From contig CAVRJG010000052.1 in NCBI GenBank assembly GCA_963721455.1, positions 64,001 to 128,000 on the forward strand: a stretch of DNA of 64,000 bases. The letters run 5' to 3'. Of the stretch, positions 21,625-31,442 are shown piece by piece. The notes under the pieces were generated by a model that was not told the origin of the DNA, did not search any database, and saw only the letters and a list, made by a program, of their open reading frames with translations. The number at the start of each line of letters is the position of its first letter. Position 1 is the stretch's first letter. The DNA comes from an uncultured Methanosarcinaceae archaeon. Its GTDB lineage: Archaea; Halobacteriota; Methanosarcinia; Methanosarcinales; Methanosarcinaceae. The translations under genes and the position numbers were made by a program.

Positions 21625-22440
21625 TCAAAAACGGTTTTCAGAGGTTTGTTCAGGCCATCCACTGACAATGGATCTCAGAAGGTCCTGTCTGTCAGCGATT
21701 CCGGATACTTTTCCATGTTCATCTACTACGGTGACTCTTCCGATATCATGGTGAATAATCATCTCAATTGCACGCCGGACGGAATCGCTTTCTGAAAGAG
21801 TATATGTGGGAGTTGACATTACCGTTTCAACCTTCGGACTGTCATTGGGCCTTGTTGCTCTTTCATCTTCCACAGATATCCGCACAACGCCCGATTTGAG
21901 TATATCCCTTCGGGTTATCATTCCAATGGGTTCACCCTTCTTTGAAACTACAGGAATTCCCGTGTAATCTGTCTCAAGCATACGCCCCCAAATCTTGGCC
22001 ACTCTTTCCTCTTGAGAGCAGGTTTCGACTTTTTTTGTCATAATTTCTTGTATGGTTTTGGGAAGATTTCTTGGAAGCTCCACGTTTCTAAGAATATCCA
22101 CATTACTCAGGACACCGACAACCGTATGGTCAACAGTTGATACGACAACCGGAACCCTGTTTTGTTTCGACTGCACCATCAGTTTTGCAGCTCTCATCAC
22201 ATCCATATCCGGAGTGACTGTCGGGGACTGCCCTGCATATCCACTCACCGTGACATTCGACTTGGTAGACGTAACCCTCAGGATGTCCTGGTCACTCAGC
22301 ATTCCCACAAGCCTGTTCTCTTCGTCAACAACAACAAGACTTCGAAGAAGGTGATCACGCATCAGCTGACGGGCGTGAGTTACGAAGTCTTCTGCTTTGA
22401 CACTTATAGGCCCTTCTGACATAATCTCGCTGACATTCAT
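21625..22440 (-). CDS. CBS domain protein (4 CBS)
   Basis: VSEIMS, RVPVV, GIPVV, GMITRRD. Confidence 0.9.
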   Translation of the reverse strand: MNVSEIMSEGPISVKAEDFVTHARQLMRDHLLRSLVVVDEENRLVGMLSDQDILRVTSTKSNVTVSGYAGQSPTVTPDMDVMRAAKLMVQSKQNRVPVVVSTVDHTVVGVLSNVDILRNVELPRNLPKTIQEIMTKKVETCSQEERVAKIWGRMLETDYTGIPVVSKKGEPIGMITRRDILKSGVVRISVEDERATRPNDSPKVETVMSTPTYTLSESDSVRRAIEMIIHHDIGRVTVVDEHGKVSGIADRQDLLRSIVSGWPEQTSENRF

Positions 22441-22503
22441 TGTTTACCTTCCTATGGTTTCTTTAAGACAGAAGATTTGAAACTCGAGATTTCAAGGTTG
22501 TAT

Positions 22504-23133
22504 TCATTCGTAATTCTCTCCTTCTTCTTGCCGACAGTTTTCGCATAAATACCTGCCGTCAACTAATTTCAGGTCTGCTGAGTGATACAAACAGGACTCA
22601 CATATTCCTGTACTGAAGTCTTCTTCAATCTCCTCAATTGAAGGAGTAGAGAGGAGAGCTTCCCGATTCATATCAATAAGGTCCTTGAGTATGGTACTGA
22701 GCCCCGGTGTTACCATCAGAATATCAGTATTCGAAACCACTCCTATTATTGTACCGTTTTCCAGGACTGGCAGCCTTTTGATATTTGCTTTTAACATGAT
22801 TTCGGAAGCTTTTACTACACTTGTTTCAGGCTTCACGGTTACCAGTGGAGTGGAGAGGATTTTGCTCGCAGCCACCTCACTTGGTTTTCTGTCCTCTGTA
22901 ACTATGCCCTTCACAAGGTCCCTTTCAGTTATGATTCCCATGGCCTTTCCGCTTTCAGTAATAACAATGCTCCCTGCATCACGACTGACCATTTCCCTTG
23001 CAATAGCAGGAATATCTGTGTTGATATCCATTGTTATGACTGTTTTATTCATAACTTCAGCAACCGAGATCTCTCTCTGAATCTCTCTATTGTGAATGTC
23101 GGTACCTATTTCCCTTTCAGGGTCATCTGCCAT
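22504..23133 (-). CDS. CBS domain protein with C-terminal zinc ribbon
   Basis: CBS pair (GIITERD, KRLPV) followed by CESC...CENC. Confidence 0.88.
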   Translation of the reverse strand: MADDPEREIGTDIHNREIQREISVAEVMNKTVITMDINTDIPAIAREMVSRDAGSIVITESGKAMGIITERDLVKGIVTEDRKPSEVAASKILSTPLVTVKPETSVVKASEIMLKANIKRLPVLENGTIIGVVSNTDILMVTPGLSTILKDLIDMNREALLSTPSIEEIEEDFSTGICESCLYHSADLKLVDGRYLCENCRQEEGENYE

Positions 23134-23203
23134 TGACCGCCGTTCCCCCTTTACGTTCCGCATTTCCAAACCCGGCAATTTAAAATATAAAAGATCTTCA
23201 GGT

Positions 23204-23728
23204 TTCCAGTGGAAAAACACTTCATATTGTTTTAGTTTTCCTTCTTAATTCAGGCCCCGCAATCATACTTTTTAAAGCCGATATTCCGGTGAGGCCTGTC
23301 ATTTCCGGATATATTTTTTATCCGCTCCTTCTGAAGTGTCTTCCCCACACTTTTCGGACGTTTTTATAACACTTATATATACGAGTCAATGGTACATAAC
23401 GATAACGGCATTTGTTTTTTTTGTAGAGAAAAGAAGCTTGCATAATGTCAGGAGCGCATTTTTTTTAAGGTCCCTGCTCTTTCGTTCATGATGAGAAACT
23501 TATGGAAGTTTCGCAGGAAATTTTTCAGAACCCCGTTGTTTCCACTGGAGGCTTTTGCTGAGAATGAAAAATATCCAGTTATCTGGAAAAAGTATAAGAA
23601 TAAATGCAGAAGAAAAGTATATTTTAGAAAGCAGGTTTATGCAGTTTAGAAGAAACCCCAATTATATTTGTAATGCTTTCTATTTTTCTCACAGGAAATT
23701 TTTCAGACCCCCAAATTTCCACTGGAAC
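23204..23728 (-). promoter_or_regulatory. second cluster of ORB boxes with no adjacent cdc6
   Basis: CTCCAGTGGAAACAACGGGGT (23530-23550, minus), GTTCCAGTGGAAATTTGGGGGTC (23706-23728, minus), core TTCCAGTGGAAA (23204-23215). Confidence 0.7.
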
Positions 23729-23813
23729 TTACTTCCTAATTTTTTATCGTGAAAAATTGCAGGTTTAAGGAATAAATAAAAAAGCAAAAGCCGGATAAAA
23801 GAAGGAAGAATGA

Positions 23814-25268
23814 TTAAAGCATAATCACTCTGCTGCGGTTCCCAATACTCAACTCGATTTCTTCATTCAGACCATACTTCGCATACGCGTCAATGATCTG
23901 GATTTCGGAGTCAATATCAAGATCCTCGATCACATATGCCTGCTCTCCCCAGAGAGTGAGCCTGATGCTGCCTGTTTCGTCTTTAAGTTCGAGATTTGCA
24001 ACCACACTTTCGGTCCCGTCTTCCCTCTCAAACTCCCGGAGTTCCCCTATTTCGGAAACCTTACCCTGGACTGAATAGCTTTCTCCAGGGATAATATCGG
24101 CAATATTCGTAAACTTTTCCCTGTACTCAATTTCTTTTTCAGTCTTCTGGATGATCCCTCTGGCTCCCAGGTTCAGTTCCACCTGCTGGCTGAAGGCATT
24201 TTCTCGAGAATAAGCATGGAATACTTCTATGGTCTGGTCAAAATCCACTTCGTCCAGAAAACTGGTTTTTTCATCCCACAGTGTCAGCCTGATTTTGCCT
24301 GTGGAATCACCAAGAAGGAGGTTTCCTATTCTTCCTGTAGACCCGTCTTTTTTCTCAAAGGTCCGGATTTCCGCTATATCAAGTACCCTTCCGGAAATGT
24401 TAATATTGTTCATATCAGCCTTGATATCAGCAATCGGGGTAAATTCCTCTTCGTACTCTACCGTTTTCTCACTTTTCCTGATAATACTTCGGTTTCCCAC
24501 CTGCAGTTCAACTTTCTGAGTAAAGGCGTTTTCCCGGGCATAAGCATTGATTAGCTCTACAGTATCTCCACATTCTATCTGGTTCAAAAACTCGGTTTTT
24601 TCGTCCCAGAGAGTGACTCTGAGTGTGCCTGTAGCATCTCCAAGCAGCAGGTTTCCTACCTTGCCGCTGCTGCCGTCTTTTCGCTGGAAGGTTTTTACTT
24701 CTGAAATGTCCAGGACTTTTCCTGTCAGATTCAGGTCTCCCGTACCGTCCTTTACATCCTTTATCTTCTGGCTGCTCGCAGCCACATCGATTTCGTCCTC
24801 ACTTTCGGTCAGGACTCCATTATTTCCGATATTGACTTCCACTCCTGAGTATCCCTGCTTCGCATACCCGCTGATCTGGAGGTTTTGTCCTGCCTTGACT
24901 TTTTCAGCTTTTATCAGGTCTGCCATATTGTCCCAGAGAGTTACCCTGATTTTACCGGTCTCGTCTCCGACGATCATATTTCCGACTCTACCTATGGTCC
25001 CGTCGTTTCGGGTAAATTCTTTAGTATCGAAAACTGAAACGACCCTTGCAACAAAGTTAACCGGTCCGCTTTCGGCTGTAATGTCTTCAATTTTCACACT
25101 GTCCCGACCTACATCCGAAAATCCGAGTTCGTTGGCAACCAGCATGGCAGCCATAGGTTCATCGCAAAGCCCTCCCATGTTCTCGACCTTTTCCTGGACG
25201 CGCTGCAGGAAGTCTTCCTTACTGATCACATGGCTGAGCTTTTTATAGATCGATTCAATATCTGTCAT
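23814..25268 (-). CDS. rpa: replication protein A (single-stranded DNA binding, four OB folds)
   Basis: four repeats of F.R.DG..G.V.N...GD.TG.IR.TLW. Confidence 0.92.
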   Translation of the reverse strand: MTDIESIYKKLSHVISKEDFLQRVQEKVENMGGLCDEPMAAMLVANELGFSDVGRDSVKIEDITAESGPVNFVARVVSVFDTKEFTRNDGTIGRVGNMIVGDETGKIRVTLWDNMADLIKAEKVKAGQNLQISGYAKQGYSGVEVNIGNNGVLTESEDEIDVAASSQKIKDVKDGTGDLNLTGKVLDISEVKTFQRKDGSSGKVGNLLLGDATGTLRVTLWDEKTEFLNQIECGDTVELINAYARENAFTQKVELQVGNRSIIRKSEKTVEYEEEFTPIADIKADMNNINISGRVLDIAEIRTFEKKDGSTGRIGNLLLGDSTGKIRLTLWDEKTSFLDEVDFDQTIEVFHAYSRENAFSQQVELNLGARGIIQKTEKEIEYREKFTNIADIIPGESYSVQGKVSEIGELREFEREDGTESVVANLELKDETGSIRLTLWGEQAYVIEDLDIDSEIQIIDAYAKYGLNEEIELSIGNRSRVIML

Positions 25269-25555
25269 ATTATCCCCTTTAATGTTGATTCTTATCTTCA
25301 GTATTTGTTATTTGCCTCAATTCTCGTGGCAATACATGTTAGTGACTGTTATTATTCTGAATCCAGTTTCGGTATTACAGCGTAAAATTCAAAAACTGTT
25401 TTATGAGAGTGGTAGATTAGATTAACAGTTATGAGAGTAGTAGATTAGATTAACAGATCTGAGCATTGTTATGGAAATTCAAAATGTTTCCGGTTAAGTT
25501 TGAGGTGAAATTTCAGATTATAGTTTCGGACGTAAATATTTAAACTAATTCCCTC

Positions 25556-25765
25556 AGAGTCTATAACCACGAAGGTACGGAAACTGTACTCCGATTTTCT
25601 TTCTTCCGGGTTGCTGGTGCTTTCAGCAGTTCTAATTCATTAAATACTCTACACCATGAAGGACACGGAAAACTCAATCCAGACTCTATAACCACGGAAA
25701 ACGCTCAAAGCACGGAAATCTCTGTTCCCGTACTTCCTATATTCCTTATCTCCCGTGTTTCACCT
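25556..25765. repeat. degenerate dispersed repeats TCTAYA(A)CCAYG..ACGGAAA (3 copies) with partial inverted copies
   Basis: copies near 25560, 25647 and 25684; TCCCGTAC/TCCCGTGT downstream. Confidence 0.55.
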
Positions 25766-26335
25766 TTTCGTTTGAGATCGGAAAGGAGATCAGGTAATTA
25801 ACTGTAAATGTATTCCAAACTTTGTAATCTTTTAATGAATTTATTATAAGAAAGATTGTGGCTGAAATACTTTTGTAAGTCCATTATATTCATTTTAATT
25901 TCAAATTCCCATTATTTTAAGTTTTATTTTTTATGTTCCTTTTGTCTCTGCCGCAGCAGCCACTCTACTGGCAGTGCAGCTGTCTTTTTCAATATAAGGC
26001 TTCTGGGATTGCAGCTTGACACTGCGTTTGAAATGGAATTCATACACAGTACCTGAAGAGACCGCGGAACTGAATTTCAACTGGAAGTCGAAAGATCCGA
26101 ATCTGCCTTTCAGGATAGTGCTTGATTTAGCGCTTGAAAATGGAGGCCGGATAAAAATACTTCAGATTTACGTGCTACCGTATGCAAGGCGTCCTACTAA
26201 AGATTACCGTATGCCCTGTGAAAGTATTTTTTAACAAATCAGAAACAACTTAATAAACTGTGCTCATGCTCTTCTGGTGCTGATTGGCTTGATGCAGGTA
26301 AATAAAATCCAGTTCCTTTCAAATATGGCACAAGT

Positions 26336-26704
26336 GTGCTCTCCAGACTTTTCGTTCCTGTTTTTGCCAGTAATCCCGTTACTCTCATGCTTTCAAGAGC
26401 TTTTACCGGTTTCACTGGGGGGATTTGTCCTGGAGTATTGATTGCCTATTTGCATTACCCGAACCAGAGTCGGGAAAGGTTTATTTCTCCGGGTTCTCTG
26501 GGCTGGATGGCAGGCTTCTTGTTAAAAGGACTTATAGGGGACAAAATGAGCATGCTTTTTCTGCTTTCTGCCTTCTTTTATATATTCTGTTTCCTGCAGG
26601 CTTTTGGCTTCAGGGAGGTAGCATTAGGAGCTGCAGTTTTGGCCATTTTAGGTTTCTTATTCTACATAGGGCTTGGAACCAATTATAAGGCAGAGAATCG
26701 TTGA
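26336..26704 (+). pseudogene. fragment resembling an MFS transporter
   Basis: LMLSRAFTGFTGGI.P..LIAY and SLGWMAG resemble MFS helices 4-5, but the ORF is only 122 aa. Confidence 0.5.
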
Positions 26705-26784
26705 GACATAGTAAATTTCGAACTCCGTATCTTTGTCAAAACAAAACCTTATTTATGGTAAAGTTTCATTATGTACATGATACC

Positions 26785-27408
26785 ATGATTCGAAAATGCA
26801 CTGAGCACGGCTATTTTAGAGGAGGCAGCTGTCTGCAGTGTAAACGCCCTGGCAGATACCTGCTGGATGACGGCAGAGAGGAAAAGCTCGGCAGGTTTGT
26901 ATCAGGTACTCTCCGGCATTTTCCAGCATCTGCGGGAGTTGAAATGGACAGGTATGGCTGGGTGGATCTGAATGCTTTCTGTGACGTCATGAGAAAGCGG
27001 TACAACTGGATGAGGAAGGAATACCTTTATGCCCTTGTGGAATCCGATGAAAAGGGCAGGTATGAGATCCGGGAGTCCAGGATCAGGGCACGTTACGGGC
27101 ACTCTGTCAATATTGACCTGGACTACAGGGAAAGCAATATTCCATACCTGTATTATGGGGCAAGCCCTGAGGAAGTCGATGTTCTGCTGGAGAACGGAAT
27201 TTTCCCAATAAAACAGCGATATGTCCATCTCAGCACTTCTTATGAAAAGTCGACAGAAGTGGCTCTTATTCATACTGAAAACCCTGTCATCCTTCAAATC
27301 GACGCTTTGAAAGCTCAGGAAAACGGGATCTCCCTCAAACTTGCAACCGATTACATCGTACTTGCGGAAAAGATACCTCCCGAATATATTTTTGTCGTTG
27401 AAGACTGA
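26785..27408 (+). CDS. kptA: RNA 2'-phosphotransferase (Tpt1/KptA)
   Basis: SGTLRH, DRYGWV, KGRYE, IRARYGHS, RYVHLS; N-terminal C..HG....C..C. Confidence 0.92.
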   Translation: MIRKCTEHGYFRGGSCLQCKRPGRYLLDDGREEKLGRFVSGTLRHFPASAGVEMDRYGWVDLNAFCDVMRKRYNWMRKEYLYALVESDEKGRYEIRESRIRARYGHSVNIDLDYRESNIPYLYYGASPEEVDVLLENGIFPIKQRYVHLSTSYEKSTEVALIHTENPVILQIDALKAQENGISLKLATDYIVLAEKIPPEYIFVVED

Positions 27409-27564
27409 TTTTAAAGGTTTCCCTGCAAATTCTTTTCGGTACCTTTTCCTTTTCTTCTTCTTTTTCACTTTCTTTTTCTTCCCTCCCTCTTCCTATCTTT
27501 TCTTCTATCTTTTTTTCTTTCCTTTTTTTTCGATTTTTCCTTTCTCTGTCTTTGCTTTCTTCTT

Positions 27565-28581
27565 TCAGTTCACCGATACTTCAAAAAGGTCTTCCTTTTC
27601 CTCTATCCTGAATTTGACATCCAGAAACTGTTCAGTAACCCAGATATTTGTCGCAGCATGGAGAGAGAGTTCCCGGACAGTGTAAGAACTGTTTCCTGCA
27701 AGAGCCATATATGGTATTAGCTGGTCTGCCAGATGCATGTCCACAGAGGCTCTTGCTTTAAGTTCAGTAATAACTTCTTCTGCAGCACGTTTGCCGACTT
27801 TCTCTGCAGGGAGTCCTCTTTCACCAAGCGCACTTCCACCTACATAGCCTGCCCAGAGAGTTATTCCACTTCCAGTGGAAAAAGCTTCAAAGGATTGGGT
27901 TTCGATCAGGGAGGAGTATCCGGCTTCAAGTAATCTGGCACTGGCGGCTTCTGCCTGGCGTAAAGGCACATGAGCCGGAAGATTCGACGCATGAGAAATC
28001 CCTCTGATTTCTTCCTCTTCTTTTAAAAAGTGAAATCCCCGAAGCCTGCATGGCTCAAAAAAAGCTGAAACTTTTCCTCCCCCCTTCGGATAGTAACCAT
28101 GTTCCTTCAGGGCCACATTACCTGCATAGCCCAGCCGCTCCAGAGCCCTGAAAGTTACCTGCTGCAGGTAGTCCACTGTCGGAGCCCAGGCTACATCAGT
28201 TCCTCCCCTTACCGTGAGTTCGACCTTTTCTCTCGCAAAGGGCAGGGCAGGCATAAGGCACTGGAGGAGCAGGGTTATGCTTCCTGCGGTCCCAATATCA
28301 ATATCATACTTGCCCCCCTTTATTTCCACTGGAGCAAAGGAAAGCTCTGTTGAGCCTGGAAAAAGTCCCGAAACCCGAGCCTCACAGATCCTGGCTGTAA
28401 CTTCCAGAGCTTTTAAATGCTGCTGCTTCAGGCCAGGATTTGGCCTGTTTCTCCTGATATTCGTGACCCTGATCTCTTTTCCAGTGACTGCGGAAAGAGC
28501 AACAGCCGTTCTGACTAACTGCCCTCCTCCCTCCCCGTAGGAACCGTCAATTTCTAACACTCCCTTCCCCCACATTTTCAT
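27565..28581 (-). CDS. rtcA: RNA 3'-terminal phosphate cyclase
   Basis: IDGSYGEGGGQ, RPNPGL..QH, GGTDV, GYYPKGGG, VDMHLADQL. Confidence 0.95.
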   Translation of the reverse strand: MKMWGKGVLEIDGSYGEGGGQLVRTAVALSAVTGKEIRVTNIRRNRPNPGLKQQHLKALEVTARICEARVSGLFPGSTELSFAPVEIKGGKYDIDIGTAGSITLLLQCLMPALPFAREKVELTVRGGTDVAWAPTVDYLQQVTFRALERLGYAGNVALKEHGYYPKGGGKVSAFFEPCRLRGFHFLKEEEEIRGISHASNLPAHVPLRQAEAASARLLEAGYSSLIETQSFEAFSTGSGITLWAGYVGGSALGERGLPAEKVGKRAAEEVITELKARASVDMHLADQLIPYMALAGNSSYTVRELSLHAATNIWVTEQFLDVKFRIEEKEDLFEVSVN

Positions 28582-28582
28582 C

Positions 28583-30058
28583 TTACTTTATCTTGTTGTC
28601 TTCTTTTTCCTTCATGTTTCGGATTGCGGCTTTTACAGCTGGCCGGAGGGGGTCCACAAGCATGGAGACCGGCGGTGCGTAACAGGTTTCCAGGCTAAGG
28701 AGGTCCCAGATGGTAGCTTTCTTTCTGACTGCAAGGGAAAGGGCATCGATCCTTTCTTTTATCCCCTCTCCTCCGGCAAGCTGCGCACCCACAAGATAAT
28801 CATCTTTGAACAGAAGTTTAATGTACACGTCTTTTCGGCCTGGGTAATAGGAAGCTCTTGTGCGCCCGCGGGAAAATCCTGTAACCACTATTATTCCATG
28901 GCTTTCAGCCTTTCTTGAGGTAATCCCCACTCCACCAAATTGCAAATCTCCTGCCACGGCCACCCAGGGGTCTGCAAGGGGCCCGAAAGTAGTATGCTTT
29001 CCTGTGATATTGTTTCCGATTATGTCGGCCATGCGCCGGGCTGTTGTGCCCAGTTGACTTAGTCTGGCTTCCCCTGTTACAAGGTCTGTTACTTCTACAC
29101 ATTCTCCACCTGCATAAACGCAGGGAAGAAATTTCTCTCCTGCCTTTACCTGGAGCATTTCGTTTACAACCATTCCTCCGGCTTTTCCGATTTCGATCCC
29201 GGCTTCCAGGCCGAGGGAGACTTCAGGTTTTACACCGCTTGCAAGGAGCACAAGATCTGCAGGAAACTGCCTAGCTCCTGCATGTAGAGTTTTTTCTTTC
29301 CAGAAGTTTTCAGGAAAGACCACAGGCTCCCCGGAAACTACTTTAATCCCCAGGCCTTCCAGATGTTCCCTTATAATTTCAGAAATATCGGGGTCCAATT
29401 GTCTGGAAAGCAGGCTTTTGCTTCTGCTTATGAGGACGGTTTTAATTCCCCTTTCCACAAGCGCCACTGCACATTCTATTCCTATTGTCCCTCCGCCTAT
29501 GATACAGACTTTCCCCACATTTTCCAGAGATTTTTCAAAAAGTATTCCATCAGCAAGGCTTCTCAGGGTAAAGACCCCATAAGGGAGAATATTTGTGCCA
29601 CCTGTTCGAGGTACAAAGGGCAGGCTGCCTGTTGCAATCACGAGTTTGTCGAAAGGATAAACCCCCACCCTTGTCCGGACAATTTTCAAATCCAGATCTA
29701 TTGACCTGGCGCCCTCGTTTAGCCTGACATCTATCCCGTTTTTCCTGAAAAAATCCTGGGGTTTTACTATCAGTTTTTCAAAACTGTCGATTTCCCGGCC
29801 CAGAACAAAAGGGATTCCGCAGTGACTGTAAGCGGTATGGGAATCCCTTGAAAGTACGATAATCTCAAAATCACTCTGTCTTCTAATTTTGGTGGCAGCT
29901 GCCATGCCACAGGCTCCCCCTCCTATAATAACCACTCTCTCATGACTTTTTTTTTCAGGGTTCTGCGCGGACACTCTTTTCTGAGATCCTCCTTTGTCTC
30001 CAGCTGCTTTCTGGATATCATCGCCTACAGCACTTTGCGTGCCAAAATCGCTTCCCAT
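28583..30058 (-). CDS. FAD-dependent pyridine nucleotide-disulfide oxidoreductase (NADH oxidase/CoA-disulfide reductase-like)
   Basis: IGGGACG, YSHCGIP, IATGS, IGGGTIG, ETCYAPP. Confidence 0.88.
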   Translation of the reverse strand: MGSDFGTQSAVGDDIQKAAGDKGGSQKRVSAQNPEKKSHERVVIIGGGACGMAAATKIRRQSDFEIIVLSRDSHTAYSHCGIPFVLGREIDSFEKLIVKPQDFFRKNGIDVRLNEGARSIDLDLKIVRTRVGVYPFDKLVIATGSLPFVPRTGGTNILPYGVFTLRSLADGILFEKSLENVGKVCIIGGGTIGIECAVALVERGIKTVLISRSKSLLSRQLDPDISEIIREHLEGLGIKVVSGEPVVFPENFWKEKTLHAGARQFPADLVLLASGVKPEVSLGLEAGIEIGKAGGMVVNEMLQVKAGEKFLPCVYAGGECVEVTDLVTGEARLSQLGTTARRMADIIGNNITGKHTTFGPLADPWVAVAGDLQFGGVGITSRKAESHGIIVVTGFSRGRTRASYYPGRKDVYIKLLFKDDYLVGAQLAGGEGIKERIDALSLAVRKKATIWDLLSLETCYAPPVSMLVDPLRPAVKAAIRNMKEKEDNKIK

Positions 30059-31442
30059 ACTCTTAATAATGGTATTTCACGCCTATTATAAGTATTTAAA
30101 GGCAGAACAGCTTTCAGGTTCCTGAATAGGGAATTTTTCAAAGCAATTTCCAGAGTGGTCTGAACGAGCGAGTTTGGGAGTGGGGGGTTAGTACATAAAA
30201 AAGTTTATGCCTCGCCCGTTCAATTTTTTACAAGTCTTTCGTTTTATATATACTTTTCTAAATTTTTCCAGTTTATTATTTTATACAATTTCTAAATCTC
30301 TTCTGGAGTTGTTCTGAAAATTTAAGATTTTCAAAGATATCGGGCACGAAAAAATGACACGGGTTTGATGAAACTTTTTATATAACCACAAAGTTCTTAA
30401 AGCCTGCAGACATTAAACATATGAATTTAAAATATATGGCGTACAGGTTCCTTCTTTTGCCGAAATTCCTTTAGAGGCAGGCGGGAGCTGCTCTGTCAGG
30501 TCATATCATAAACTAACAACTTCATCTACTCATCATTGCTAAATTCGTAAAGATAATCCAATGTAACTAATTCACATGCAAATATAATAAAAATTTCAGA
30601 TTTACTGCATTATCACCTAGGGCTAAGATAAATCATTCAATGAAAACTAAATTCATACATTATCACCCATGAAGTAAAAGTCAAAAAGTGCTCTCAATAA
30701 ACCTGATACATATTTCACTTACCGCTTTACCACTTATCATTAGGGAGTTCCTTGTTTACGGAACAGGGCATTTGGCACCTTCTGGCTGCTCGTGCCCGGA
30801 TTACCCGCTTTTCGGGGGTATTTCTGGAAAACTTGAGTTATCAGGCCCATTGAACGATAAACACACATTTTGGCTTCTGACTCTGAAGTTTATTTCAGGG
30901 TCACGATGAAAACTTATGTTAGGGCGAGGGCTTTCGGGCAGGTATAGAAAGCCTCGGGGACATCGCAGGTATTATTGTCTGCCCGGATCGAAAGTCAGGA
31001 GCGTCTTTGTCTAAGGGAGCTTTAAGCCAGGCTAACACAAGCCTGGAATTTTGTCTAGCTCTCATAAAATAAGAGCTTCCATCAAATAGCTTCACTTCTG
31101 GCATTCTGCCGGATCAAGTCTCCTAGCATAAGCAATAAATAGAAATCGCAGGCAGATTCGGAATTCTCTTTCCGGTCATAGTCGTCTTTAATTCTCAAAT
31201 CTGCCTCTTCAAGGGTGTATTATCCCTGACCAGGTCTGAAATCTGATTTTTACTATTTTTTGCATAGTCTAGACCTTTGCGAATTTTCAGAGTATAGAGG
31301 ATAGTTTGTATTATCAGGAGACTGCCCGGATCATAATCTGGAAAACCAGTCTGTCATAATTGTTAGGTATAAAACTTCCTGTGGGAAGTAGTTTAAAAAA
31401 TCATCACGATAAATCATTTACAATAGCTAGAGGAGAATTTAC

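Noticed and set aside
24547-25248. Long antisense ORFs (also 38491-39267, 40528-41238, 43978-45231)
   Set aside because: Shadow frames opposite well-supported genes, with no recognisable motifs.
30688-31104. RNase P RNA, SRP RNA or small ORFs upstream of dnaG
   Set aside because: I did not find the RNase P GAGGAAA.TCC signature or a recognisable SRP helix 8; the ORFs have no protein-like features.
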